Positions 56,301 to 64,000 of a DNA stretch of 64,000 nucleotides are shown piece after piece. Position 1 is the stretch's first letter, and each line of letters begins with the position of its first letter. Source of the DNA: a bacterium (GTDB taxonomy: Bacteria; Myxococcota_A; Bradymonadia; UBA7976; UBA1532); the NCBI GenBank assembly GCA_030427205.1, contig JAUHXC010000011.1:44016-108015 (forward strand). The letters run 5' to 3'. A program made the position numbers and the translations under genes. The notes under the pieces were generated by a model. That model worked only from the letters and a program-made list of their open reading frames with translations. It did no database searches and was not told the DNA's origin.

Positions 56301-56852
56301 CGCTGCGTGCAGCTCTTCGGGCGCATGCCCGACGGCACCACCCGCATCGACGAGTGCTTCGTCGAGATCAGCAAGATCTGCCGCCGACGGGCCGACGAAG
56401 CCCAGACCGAGGCCGGCTTCTCCGACTGGCTGCGCCGCTCGCTCGAGGCGGTGCGCATCGCGGCCTCGATCAACCGCGGGCTGGGCAACTTCCACCGGGT
56501 CTTCGAGGAGTATCACGAGCTCTTCGACGACCTGCTGGGCCTCGGCGCGCTCGACGACTACCTGCGCACCCGCGCCGAGAGCCGCGAGCTGGCCTTCGCG
56601 GTGGGGCACGTCGGCGAGCTGCTCTACCTCTTCGAAGAGCACCTGCAATACGACACCGACGGCGGCGGGCGGGTGATCCGGCTGCCCGAGGTGCGCGGCT
56701 TCTACGAGGCGCTGACCCGCTACCTGCTCGGGCTCGGCGCGGTGGAGCACGCGCTGGCGATCCAGAACAGCTTCGTGAACTTCCTCACCGACCTCGACGA
56801 AGGCGAGCTGGCCGAGCACTACCGCGCCCGGCAGCTCGCGCCGTCGGTGTGA
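53307..56852 (+). CDS. STAND/AAA_16-type NTPase with a long helical (TPR-like) C-terminal region
   Basis: Walker A 'LEAPVGRGKSTILGHF'. Walker B 'VMLVLDDVHRADDES'. An ~850-aa helical repeat region follows. It lies immediately downstream of the kinase-FGE gene. Confidence 0.75.
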   Translation: MQQDSQIDRLRRAWQAARGGAGGVVHLEAPVGRGKSTILGHFLDEVGGPSERVAVVSARCGERDRLRPGGRGVVEDLVLRVAEGVRAIEGAPEDDDEPQEEVPWLLPGADFVTAATEIASLPRAEDGPAPPSRAAIHAGLLIDVSRLRPVMLVLDDVHRADDESRALVEALTDALVAAPDARLLLVMASSTPLAGSPRGPWRPAPQAVVEVERLTADVLADLVRGRLARYGEVDPAYLEQVLAAGGGNPLVVDALVQLSERAGAFAKGRAADPALAKRPGFEGLRNLAAGELPPLAANVRADMQAAAVVGPRFDTALLARLWSVPEDAAGLRIDALCHTGLVAAEGDRFSFVSAELAAHFADTLPPEQRATMHVRVATLLRAMARSMAGGPADGPRPYLDVTETWSETRRRDRRVREELEFLAAAAAHFGAAGRHIAAAEAGVTLVERLFETSGGHPYLAGRFGRRADRERRHRIYAALTEASARLERVRPEPDGATPDLERLSIHVRLSTVRARFKEVLGDFAEARHHADAAVELARHLPDPRVRLEAMRVRLEVCYAAGDANAAREVMVQLMGALSRAPKAGAVRIYTWLVEALGRWEWSGLHGRLFPYIIERLRALGAHREALRARLEWMSANVEGDDPEGPERLAEELVAEATAVGETPYVAEQLARYAAELIQSRVDAHFDLLSGEFYPPDLFGEGLGPAALTLGERLQRPIALMQGAADLVGETDSRISLLRVMTTTLGVVYETRERFAQLLDRWMPLHGEDRPVRLLELVDALERGFFSVERVEGLTRRTVELATDLELQQVVADTLYEALDRDLPMALRQSDRLFPQARAAYSTVGDVYGLITLALVRVRHLERRGLDPSEALDEGLSAFEAHEEQLNPEQRAFVHLRYGELFLDRTGESDTAIGHLERAIRLYDRVGDVEHVQAVGEILRELYRKQGDFGRYRALRERFRPLEFRSPGVDPLGLELRIEHLLNLARQESDDERAIHMVERCVQLFGRMPDGTTRIDECFVEISKICRRRADEAQTEAGFSDWLRRSLEAVRIAASINRGLGNFHRVFEEYHELFDDLLGLGALDDYLRTRAESRELAFAVGHVGELLYLFEEHLQYDTDGGGRVIRLPEVRGFYEALTRYLLGLGAVEHALAIQNSFVNFLTDLDEGELAEHYRARQLAPSV

Positions 56853-57940
56853 GGGCGCCGCTGGCGCTGGCGCTGGCCGCGACGCTCGCGCTGAGCGCCT
56901 GCCGCGCCGAGAGACCCGGCCCCGCCGAGCGGCCCACCGAGGCCGCCCGCCCCGCCGAGTCCGCGCCGTCCGAAGCCCCCGCGGCGACCCGCCCCCCGCC
57001 GCACACCTTCCGCGCCGAGCTGATGGGCACCCCCTTCGGCCTGAGCATCGCCGGCGACATCCCGCCGGCGGAGGCCCGGGCCGCGGCCGACGCCGCATTC
57101 GCCGAGGTCGCCCGGGTCGAGGCCTTGCTGAGCGAGTGGCGCCCCGACTCGGAGATCAGCCGCATCAACGCTGCGGCCCCCGCGCCGGTGAAGGTCTCCG
57201 CCGAGACCCGCGCCGTGCTGGGCCACGCGCTGGACCTCGCCCGATCGAGCCAGGGCGCCTTCGACCCCACCTGGGCCGCGCTGCGCGGCATCTGGCGCTT
57301 CGACTGGCGCGACGACGAGCGCCCGCGGCTGCCGCAGAAGAGCGCGCTGATGGCCGCGCTCTCCCGGGTCGACCACCAGAAGGTGCACATCGAAGGCGAG
57401 GCCGTGCGCCTCGGGCAGGCCGATATGGCGCTGGGGCTCGGCGGCATCGCCAAGGGCTACGGCATCGATCGCGCGGCGCAGGTCCTGCGCGCGCGGGGCC
57501 TTCGGCGGTTCATCGTCGACGGCGGCGGCGACCTCTTCGTCGCGGGGCTCAAGGCGCCCGGCACCCCGTGGACGATCGGCATCCGCCACCCGCGGGACGC
57601 CGGCCGGCTGCTGGCCGAGCTGCCGGTGACCGACGCGGCGGTGGTCAGCAGCGGCGACTACGAGCGCTTCTTCGAACTGGGCGGCCGGCGCTACCACCAC
57701 ATCATCGACCTGCGCACCGGCCAGCCCGCCGAGCGCAGCGTCGCGGTGACGGTGCGCGCGCCCGACGCGACCACGGCCGATGCGCTGGCGACGGCGATCT
57801 TCGTGCTCGGCAGCCGGGACGGCCTCGCGCTCGCCGCGCGCCACCCGAAGGTCGAAGCGGCGGTGCTCACCCCCGACGGCGCGGTGCATGCCACCGCCGG
57901 CCTGCGGGCGGCCCTGCCGACGCGCTGGCAACCCAGGTGA
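56849..57940 (+). CDS. apbE: FAD:protein FMN transferase (ApbE family) lipoprotein
   Basis: GTG 56849 overlaps the previous stop (GTGTGA). Lipobox 'LAATLALSAC'. Conserved 'GLGGIAKGYGID' and 'RRYHHIIDLRTGQPA'. In frame with the C-terminal part of spurious ORF 54269..57940. Confidence 0.85.
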   Translation: MRAPLALALAATLALSACRAERPGPAERPTEAARPAESAPSEAPAATRPPPHTFRAELMGTPFGLSIAGDIPPAEARAAADAAFAEVARVEALLSEWRPDSEISRINAAAPAPVKVSAETRAVLGHALDLARSSQGAFDPTWAALRGIWRFDWRDDERPRLPQKSALMAALSRVDHQKVHIEGEAVRLGQADMALGLGGIAKGYGIDRAAQVLRARGLRRFIVDGGGDLFVAGLKAPGTPWTIGIRHPRDAGRLLAELPVTDAAVVSSGDYERFFELGGRRYHHIIDLRTGQPAERSVAVTVRAPDATTADALATAIFVLGSRDGLALAARHPKVEAAVLTPDGAVHATAGLRAALPTRWQPR

Positions 57941-57971
57941 CAGCCCGTCATCGGGATGTTACAGCACACCG

Positions 57972-59987
57972 ATGGAGATCAAGCCGTCCTACCCGGCGCT
58001 CGTCATCGGCTTGCTGCTGATCATCGGGGCCAGCGTCCTGCCCATCGATCGCGGCGCCGTCTTCGACCACCAGGTGGACGGGCTCTTCCCCGAGGTCATC
58101 GCCGAGCTCGAGCCCGCCGACGGCCCCATCGGCCCGGTTCGGCTCTCGTGGTTCGAAACGAATGCGGACACCGCCGCCCGGCTCAACGGCGTCTTGCGCG
58201 CGGCGACCGTCGACACCGCCGCCGGGTCGGTCCCCCGCTTCCAGATCACCGAGAAGGCCGACGCGCCCGTGCTGCACCTGCAGGCGCGGCATACGAGCGG
58301 CAGCCGGCTGGAGGTCTCGGCGAGGTTCACCGACGGCCAGAGCGCGAAACGCACGGCGTACTGGGCCGATTGGACCTCGCTGCTGCCGCCGCTGGTGGCG
58401 CTGGTGCTCGCCGTGGGGCTCAGGCGGGTCGTGCCGGCGCTCTACATCGCCGTCTTCGTCGGGGCGACGCTGCTGCACGGCGGCAACCCGCTGTGGGCCG
58501 CATGGGTCGAGATCCGCGGGCTGTTCGGCGCGCTGGCCGGCGCCTTCGGCATCGGCTCGGCGCCCACCGAGGGCTATCTGGCCGGGGTCGTCGCCGACAG
58601 CTTCAACCTGCAGATCCTCGGCTTCACCTTCGCCCTGGTGGGGCTGGTGGCGGTGGTCAGCCGCATGGGCGGCACCCGGGGGCTGGTCGACGCGCTCGCC
58701 CCGCTCGCCCGCGGCCCGCGCAGCGCGCAGGCGGTGACCGCCAGCATGGGCACCGCGGTCTTCTTCGACGACTACGCCAACACCGTCGTCATCGGCACCA
58801 CCGCCCGCACGCTGACCGACAAGCACCGCCTCAGCCGCGAGAAGCTGGCCTATATCGTCGACTCCACCAGCGCGCCGGTGGCCGGCATCGCCATCGTCTC
58901 GACCTGGATCGGCTACGAGGTCGGCCTCTTCGACGACCTGCTCTCGACCCTCAGCGCCGTGCCCGACATGCCCGGCAGCGGCTACGAGATGTTCTTCGCG
59001 GTGCTGCCGCTGCGCTTCTACTGCCTCTTCGCGCTCGCGCTGGTCTTCATCGGCGCGTTCACCGGCCGCGACCTGGGCCCGATGCTCGCCGCCGAGCGCC
59101 GCGCCCGCAGCGGCGGCCCGCTCGCGCCGGACGGCTCGGTCGAGAAGGAGCCCGTCTCGGTGACCAAGGCCGGAGTGCCCGCCCGAGCGGGCAACGCCAT
59201 CCTGCCCATCGGCGCGGTGCTGCTGGTGACCGTCGGCTTCATCCTCGGCGCCGGCACCGGCCCGATGGCCAGCTTCTCGCCGCTGTCGCTCGGCGACTGG
59301 AAGGTGGTCTTCGACAACGCCGGCGGCGACATCGCGCTGATCCTGCTCGCCGCGGCGCTGGTGGGCTCGGCGGTGGCCTTCACCCTGGCCCTCGGCCAGC
59401 GGCTGCTCTCGGGGCGCGAGGCGGTCTCGGCCTATACCGACGGCATGAAGACGCTCGCCGAGGCCGCTGCCGTGCTCATCGCGGCGTGGGCGATCAAGTC
59501 GGTCTGCGACGGCCTGAGCACCGGCCTGACCATCGTCGCGCTCATCGGCGACGGCCTGCCGCCGCTCTGGATCCCGCTGACGGTCTTCTTGATGTCGGGG
59601 GTCATCGCGTTCAGCACCGGCACCTCGTGGGGCACCATGGCCCTGGTGCTGCCCATCGCCGCCCCGCTGTCGGCGACGTTGTCCGGCGAGCCGCTGATCG
59701 TGCTCGCCAGCCTCGGGGCCGTGCTCGACGGCGCGATCTGGGGTGACCACTGCTCGCCGATCTCCGACACCACCGTGCTCTCGTCGACCGCGTCGGGCTG
59801 TCCGCACCTGGCCCACGTGCGCACCCAGCTGCCCTACGCGACCCTGGCCATGCTCGCAGCCGGGGCCTGGGGCTATCTCGGCGTCGCCGGCGGCCTGCCG
59901 CTGCTCGCCGCCTACGGCCTGGGGCTGGTCACGATGGTCGCGGTGATGCTCATCTTCGGTCGTTCGGCGACTGCCCGGTCCGTCTGA
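57972..59987 (+). CDS. NhaC-family Na+/H+ antiporter-like membrane protein with an N-terminal extracytoplasmic extension
   Basis: ATG 57972 ('MEIKPSYPALVIGLLLIIGASVL'). An ~140-aa soluble segment is followed by about 12 TMs, including 'MGTAVFFDDYANTVVIGTTART' and 'IAFSTGTSWGTMALVLPIA'. The 64 upstream codons in the ORF track are Arg/Cys/Pro junk. Confidence 0.6.
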   Translation: MEIKPSYPALVIGLLLIIGASVLPIDRGAVFDHQVDGLFPEVIAELEPADGPIGPVRLSWFETNADTAARLNGVLRAATVDTAAGSVPRFQITEKADAPVLHLQARHTSGSRLEVSARFTDGQSAKRTAYWADWTSLLPPLVALVLAVGLRRVVPALYIAVFVGATLLHGGNPLWAAWVEIRGLFGALAGAFGIGSAPTEGYLAGVVADSFNLQILGFTFALVGLVAVVSRMGGTRGLVDALAPLARGPRSAQAVTASMGTAVFFDDYANTVVIGTTARTLTDKHRLSREKLAYIVDSTSAPVAGIAIVSTWIGYEVGLFDDLLSTLSAVPDMPGSGYEMFFAVLPLRFYCLFALALVFIGAFTGRDLGPMLAAERRARSGGPLAPDGSVEKEPVSVTKAGVPARAGNAILPIGAVLLVTVGFILGAGTGPMASFSPLSLGDWKVVFDNAGGDIALILLAAALVGSAVAFTLALGQRLLSGREAVSAYTDGMKTLAEAAAVLIAAWAIKSVCDGLSTGLTIVALIGDGLPPLWIPLTVFLMSGVIAFSTGTSWGTMALVLPIAAPLSATLSGEPLIVLASLGAVLDGAIWGDHCSPISDTTVLSSTASGCPHLAHVRTQLPYATLAMLAAGAWGYLGVAGGLPLLAAYGLGLVTMVAVMLIFGRSATARSV

Positions 59988-60048
59988 GAACAGGCCGCTC
60001 GTGCGCCCGTCGGCGCCGCCCCGCTGCAACCGGTTTCGAAAAGAGAAA

Positions 60049-60075
60049 CGCCCGAGCGCAGGCTCGGGCGTCTGG
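60049..60075 (+). terminator. intrinsic terminator-like hairpin downstream of the NhaC-like gene
   Basis: 'CGCCCGAGC-gcag-GCTCGGGCG' is a 9-bp perfect stem with a 4-nt loop. It lies 60 nt after the stop and is followed by 'tctggtggg'. Confidence 0.45.
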
Positions 60076-60094
60076 TGGGCGATTGCGCCCCAAA

Positions 60095-60207
60095 GTCCCC
60101 TGGAGCGGCGTGGATGCTCCAGCTCCGGGGGTGGTCGGAGCATCCGACTCCATCGAAGAACGATGCGGGCGGCATCGTGGGGAGACCTCGTTGGAGCTTC
60201 CAGGGGA
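60095..60207. other. nested hairpin element (candidate small structured RNA or REP-like element)
   Basis: Outer pairing 'cccctggagc' (60096-60106) with 'gcttccagggg' (60196-60207). It encloses hairpin A, 'ggatgctcc-N17-ggagcatcc', and hairpin B, 'cgatgc-gggcg-gcatcg'. Confidence 0.25.
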
Positions 60208-60471
60208 CATTGCGACCCAATCGTCACTCACCCCGCGGTACCTCTCGGCACCGACGTTCACCAATATAGCGGCTGAATTCGAAAACGCAAAATGACGAAA
60301 CCGTCATCCGCAAGATTTACCTTTTGATTTCGAATACTTGAGCGCGAAAAAAAAGTTTGAATAATCCAGATCCGGCCGTCCGGGTCATGGCAGCAGATCG
60401 AACCATCTGTGATCGAACCAGTCGGAGAGCGCAGGTGAAACGCGACGCGACGGGGACGCTTCGGGCGGCGC

Positions 60472-63400
60472 TCAGTCGGCGAGCGGCGCCGGCTCGCGGC
60501 GCTCGTCGAGGCGGCCGAGGCGGGCCAGCGGCTCTTCGAGGCGCTTGACCAGCGCGATGCGCGCCAGCCGCAATTCGGTGGCGGTGTCTTCGACGAATTC
60601 GGCCATGCCGTCGAAGAGCGGGCGCCCCAGGCCGGTGAACTGCGGGCTGCGCGCGTGGTCGAGCCGCAGCCCGTGGCGCCGCAGGTCGGTGACCAGCGCG
60701 TCCGGGTCGAAGAGCCCACCGCGCCCGGCGACCGCCAGCGCCCGGCCGGGCTCGAAGAGCGCCGTCAAGGGCGCCTGGTCGACCCAGCCTTCGAGATAGG
60801 CCCGATGGCGGCCGCACGTCTCTTCGAGCATCAGCAGGCGATAGCCGTCGAGGATGCCCTGCAAGCCCGCGACCCGCGCCGCCTCGGCGCTCTGCTCGAT
60901 GGCGGGGAAGACCCGGTCGAACGCGTCGAAATAGCCCCTGATCAAGCCGTCGAGCCGGGTATCGATCGTGCCCCGAACCCGCTCGACCGCCTCGCCGAGC
61001 GCGGTGCGCAGCTGGTCGCGCAGGGTCGCGACGAGCTGCTCACGGGTGAACGCGCCGCCATGATCCCGATGCAGCGCGGCCACCTCGGCCGCCGCGTGGC
61101 GCATGGCTGCGCCGATGGCCGCCTCGAGGGCCCGGGCGGCGCGCACCTCCTCGGCGCCGCTGAAGGTCTCGCGGTCGTGCTCCACCCGCTCGGCGAGGTC
61201 GGCGATGGCGCGGGCCTGCTCGTCCATGCCGATGAGCCGCTCGGCGACCCGGATCTCGGCCCGGTCGACGATCTCGGCCAGCCGGTGCAGCGTATTGGCC
61301 CGCCGGATCTGACTCGCCTGGGAGAAGAAGGCGTCCTGCATCATGCGGTGCAGGCGGGCGAAGCCGCTGGCCCGCAGCGCCGCCACGTCGCGCTTGCGCA
61401 GGGCCTCGAGGCCGGTCTGCGCGCTCACCGGCACCAGCCCCAGGACCCGCTCGCCGAGGATGTCGCCGGCGGCCTTCAGCCGGGCCTCGACGGTGGACGG
61501 GTCAGCGAGGTCGCAGCGGGTCAGCACGCCCATCGCCGCCATCGGCTGCTCGGCGAGCCAGCGGGCCGCCTCGTGCCAGCGGACCTCGTCTTGATCGGCG
61601 CCCACCAGCCACAGGACGGCGTCGGCCCGGCGGGTCAACCCTTCGTCGGCCGAGGCGTCGAGCGGGTCGGGCGCGTCGAGGATGCTGGCCCGCACCAGCT
61701 CTTCGACCGGCAGCAGGATCTCGACCCAGCGCACGTCGGGCGGGCCGATGCGCCCCTCTTCGAGGCCGGTCCGCAGGGCGGTGAGGCCGCACGCCTCGAC
61801 CCGGCCGTCGCGGTGCACCACCCGCCCCGCGGGGCGGCGGCCGTAGCGCACCAGGTGGGGCAGCGCGGTGTCTTCGGGGATCACCGCCTCGCCGATGAGC
61901 GCGTTGACGAACGCGGTCTTGCCCGCGCCGCGCGGACCGAAGACCGCCAGCAGCAGCGGGCTGTCGTGCCCCTCGATGAGCTCGGTGACCTGACCGAGCA
62001 GGTCGCCCAGGCTCGACTCGGCCCGCAGCAGGTGGCGCAGCCGATGCAGGCGGGTGAGCACCCCGTCGGGGCTCTCGCCGGGCGGGCGGGCGGTATTGGG
62101 GTGGGTATCGGGCGGCTCGTCGAGGTCGACCGGCGGCTCGGCGCTGTGCGGGGCCGTGGTCACCTCATTGCGCCGCGCGGCCTGGGGGTGCGGCTCGAGC
62201 GAGCGCGGCTCGGGCGCGGGCGGCCCGGCGAGCAGCCGATTGACCTCGGCCTGCACCAGCGGCGCGATGGGCCCGGTGAGCGACGGGCGCCGCGAGGGCA
62301 TGCGCTCGTGCGCGTCACCGCTCTCGTCGGGCGGCTCCGGCCGGGCGTCGATCAGCGCCCGCATCGCCGCGGCGCCGTCCATGTCGGGCTCGGCGACCGC
62401 CTCCCACGCCAGCTCGAGCAGCGCCTGCGCCAGGTCGTCGTCGCCGCGCATGCGCAGCGCTTCGGTGAAGTGCCCGGCCGCGGCCTGGGCCCGCCCGGCG
62501 GCCAGCTCGATGCAGCCCAGCGCCCGCTGGGCAGAGGGCGAACTCGCCGGCTCCGCCGCCCGGGCCATCAGCGTGCGGGCGTCGTCGAGCCCGCCGTCGA
62601 GCACCCGCGAGATCGCCGTGGTGGCCAACGCCTCGGCGTCGGTCGGGCGCAGCCGGCGCAGCGCCTCGGCGTGACCCGCAGCCCGCCGCACATGGCCCGC
62701 CCCATGGGCGGCGCGCAGCGCGATGCGCAGGGCGTCTACGCTGTGCGGATCGAGCGTCGACGCGGTGCCCGCGGCGGCCTCGGCCTCGTCGAAGCGGCCC
62801 GCGCGCAGGCCGAGGCGGGCGAGCAGCAGATGCAGCGCCGGGCGGTCGGGCGCGACGGCGACGGCCCGCAGCACATAGCCCTGCGCGTCGGCGAGGCGCC
62901 CCTCCATCTCGAGCGCTTCGGCCATGCCCGCCAGCGCGCCGACCTCGTCGGTGTGGCGGCGCAGCACGGCCTCGAAGTGCGGCCGGGCCTCCGCCGGCCG
63001 GTTGAGCGCCAGCAGCGAGCGCCCCAGCGAGACCCGAATACGGCCGTCGTCCGCCCGCAGCGCGAGCGCCTGCAGCAAGACCGGCGCGGCGTCGGCGTGG
63101 CGCCCCTGCCGCCGCAGGCTGCTGCCGAGCGCCGTCAGCAGCGCCGGGTCGTCGGGGGCGAAGACCAGCCCCCGGCGGGCGACGTTCTCCGCCTCGGTCG
63201 CCGCGCCGCGGGCGTTGTGGCAGTCGGCGAGGGCCGCGATCGCTTCGCTGTTATCCGGCTGCAGGGCCAGGGCCGCCTGCAGGTGCTCGGCCGCCCGATC
63301 GTGCTCCTCGCGCAGCGCTTCGATGCGGCCCAGGCGATACAGCGGGTCGAAGAGCCCCGGATCGGCGTCGGTCACCACGGCGAAGGTATCGGCGGCGCGG

Positions 63401-63591
63401 TAGAGATCGCCGCGCAGCAGGTGGGCGAGCCCCTTGAGGTGCAGGCTGACCGGCGGCAGCGCGCCGACCGCGTCGAGCAGCGTCAGCGCGCCGGCCGGGT
63501 CGCCCTCGAGCAGCGCGTCGCGTGCCGGGCCCGCCTCGGCCGGGATCGGCAGCGCGGCGAGGGTGCGGGCCAGCTCATCGTCGGGGACCAT
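60472..63591 (-). CDS. TPR-repeat protein fused to a dynamin-family GTPase
   Basis: ATG 63591 has GAGG 6 nt upstream. The N-terminal ~400 aa hold multiple TPR-like helical pairs ('AEHLQAALALQPDNSEAIAALADCHNARG'). GTPase G1 'LLLAVFGPRGAGKTAFVNALIG'. G3 region 'ILDAPDP'. G4-like 'VLTRCDLAD'. The C-terminal helical stalk resembles bacterial dynamin-like proteins. Confidence 0.75.
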   Translation of the reverse strand: MVPDDELARTLAALPIPAEAGPARDALLEGDPAGALTLLDAVGALPPVSLHLKGLAHLLRGDLYRAADTFAVVTDADPGLFDPLYRLGRIEALREEHDRAAEHLQAALALQPDNSEAIAALADCHNARGAATEAENVARRGLVFAPDDPALLTALGSSLRRQGRHADAAPVLLQALALRADDGRIRVSLGRSLLALNRPAEARPHFEAVLRRHTDEVGALAGMAEALEMEGRLADAQGYVLRAVAVAPDRPALHLLLARLGLRAGRFDEAEAAAGTASTLDPHSVDALRIALRAAHGAGHVRRAAGHAEALRRLRPTDAEALATTAISRVLDGGLDDARTLMARAAEPASSPSAQRALGCIELAAGRAQAAAGHFTEALRMRGDDDLAQALLELAWEAVAEPDMDGAAAMRALIDARPEPPDESGDAHERMPSRRPSLTGPIAPLVQAEVNRLLAGPPAPEPRSLEPHPQAARRNEVTTAPHSAEPPVDLDEPPDTHPNTARPPGESPDGVLTRLHRLRHLLRAESSLGDLLGQVTELIEGHDSPLLLAVFGPRGAGKTAFVNALIGEAVIPEDTALPHLVRYGRRPAGRVVHRDGRVEACGLTALRTGLEEGRIGPPDVRWVEILLPVEELVRASILDAPDPLDASADEGLTRRADAVLWLVGADQDEVRWHEAARWLAEQPMAAMGVLTRCDLADPSTVEARLKAAGDILGERVLGLVPVSAQTGLEALRKRDVAALRASGFARLHRMMQDAFFSQASQIRRANTLHRLAEIVDRAEIRVAERLIGMDEQARAIADLAERVEHDRETFSGAEEVRAARALEAAIGAAMRHAAAEVAALHRDHGGAFTREQLVATLRDQLRTALGEAVERVRGTIDTRLDGLIRGYFDAFDRVFPAIEQSAEAARVAGLQGILDGYRLLMLEETCGRHRAYLEGWVDQAPLTALFEPGRALAVAGRGGLFDPDALVTDLRRHGLRLDHARSPQFTGLGRPLFDGMAEFVEDTATELRLARIALVKRLEEPLARLGRLDERREPAPLAD

Positions 63592-63830
63592 GCACGACCT
63601 CGGCCGTCGGGGGCTCGGGCCGACGATTCCCCCTGCCGCCGGCTCGGCGCGAGAATCATAGCAGTCCGCGGCGAAAGTACAATCGCCCGTCGGCGGCCGT
63701 CGTGTTCGGCGTCAGCAGCGGGGCGGCTGCGGGGCATCCCGGGGTTGTCGTCGTCGGGCGGTCATGAAAGAATGTTGCCCTGGGCGGTCCCTGTGGCCGC
63801 CTTTTCTCCGTTTCGAATATGGAGGGCTAC

Positions 63831-64000
63831 ATGGCTCATTTCGCGGTCGGCGACATCGCGGTGTACCAGGGACAGGGCATCGGTCGGATCACCGAGATCA
63901 GCACCATGGAGGTCGCCGGATCTTCCCTCGAGTTCTACACCGTGCACATGGACAGCGGCACCATCGTCCGGGTGCCGACCCACAAGGCCGACGACGTCGG
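63831..64000 (+). CDS. cdnL: CarD/CdnL/TRCF-family RNA-polymerase-interacting domain protein, 5' partial
   Basis: GGAGGG lies 4 nt upstream of ATG 63831. 'MAHFAVGDIAVYQGQGIGRITEISTMEVAGSSLEFYTVHMDSGTIVRVP' matches the CarD_CdnL N-terminal fold pattern. The gene runs off the window edge. Confidence 0.65.
   Translation, partial: MAHFAVGDIAVYQGQGIGRITEISTMEVAGSSLEFYTVHMDSGTIVRVPTHKADDV

Noticed and set aside
54269-56848. 5' 860 codons of the 1223-aa plus-strand ORF 54269..57940
   Set aside because: Out of frame with the STAND NTPase and Arg/Pro-rich. Only the last 363 codons, from GTG 56849, form a credible protein (ApbE).
50832-57098. 2088-aa minus-strand ORF spanning the kinase and STAND genes
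   Set aside because: Arg/Gly/Pro/Ala-rich nonsense antisense to two well-supported plus-strand genes (kinase Gly-loop, FGE domain, Walker motifs).

Overview
The window is 64 kb of very GC-rich (~70%) bacterial chromosome. It is densely coding on both strands and shows myxobacterial hallmarks: cysteine-rich 'CxPGFHDGGDGxCVP' repeat proteins, a MYXO-CTERM-like sorting tail, many lipoproteins, a Ser/Thr kinase fusion and a CarD/CdnL-like regulator. I found no rRNA, tRNA, CRISPR array or transposase. The high GC creates many long spurious antisense ORFs, including apparent 900-2000 aa ones; I rejected these on composition and context.

Supported genes, in order: a SAM-dependent methyltransferase; a Spy/CpxP-like periplasmic protein; RNase Y; a three-gene translationally coupled MotA/MotB-like stator module; a BNR-repeat secreted protein; an XRE regulator; glutaminyl cyclase; an NfeD-flotillin-giant AAA+ protein operon; an ABC-type ATPase paired with a DUF4276/TOPRIM-like protein; a coupled hypothetical-membrane-Uma2 endonuclease cassette; a copper-monooxygenase-like lipoprotein; a 1370-aa Cys-rich repeat protein; a bacterial major vault protein homologue; a P450-MMPL/RND-outer membrane protein-LolA-like cluster with a divergent stand-alone ACP; a CotH kinase with lamin-tail domains; a metal-binding-motif lipoprotein; a DUF3160-like secreted protein; an S8 peptidase; a pseudokinase-FGE fusion; a STAND NTPase; ApbE; a NhaC-like antiporter; a TPR-dynamin GTPase; and a partial CdnL.

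The two strongest candidates for an undescribed system are:
1. The stator module at 3482-8504. The MotA/TolQ-like protein carries a ~950-aa internally repetitive coiled-coil tail, followed by a MotB/OmpA-like protein and a DUF2894-like protein. This resembles Zorya (ZorAB) and DUF802-DUF2894-OmpA operons, but it lacks ZorC/ZorD.
2. The NfeD-flotillin-1842-aa AAA+ operon at 11811-20577. It lies directly beside an OLD/AbiL-like ATPase + TOPRIM pair and a Uma2 nuclease cassette, so the neighbourhood looks like a defence island.

All homology statements come from motif recognition by eye. No database searches were run.
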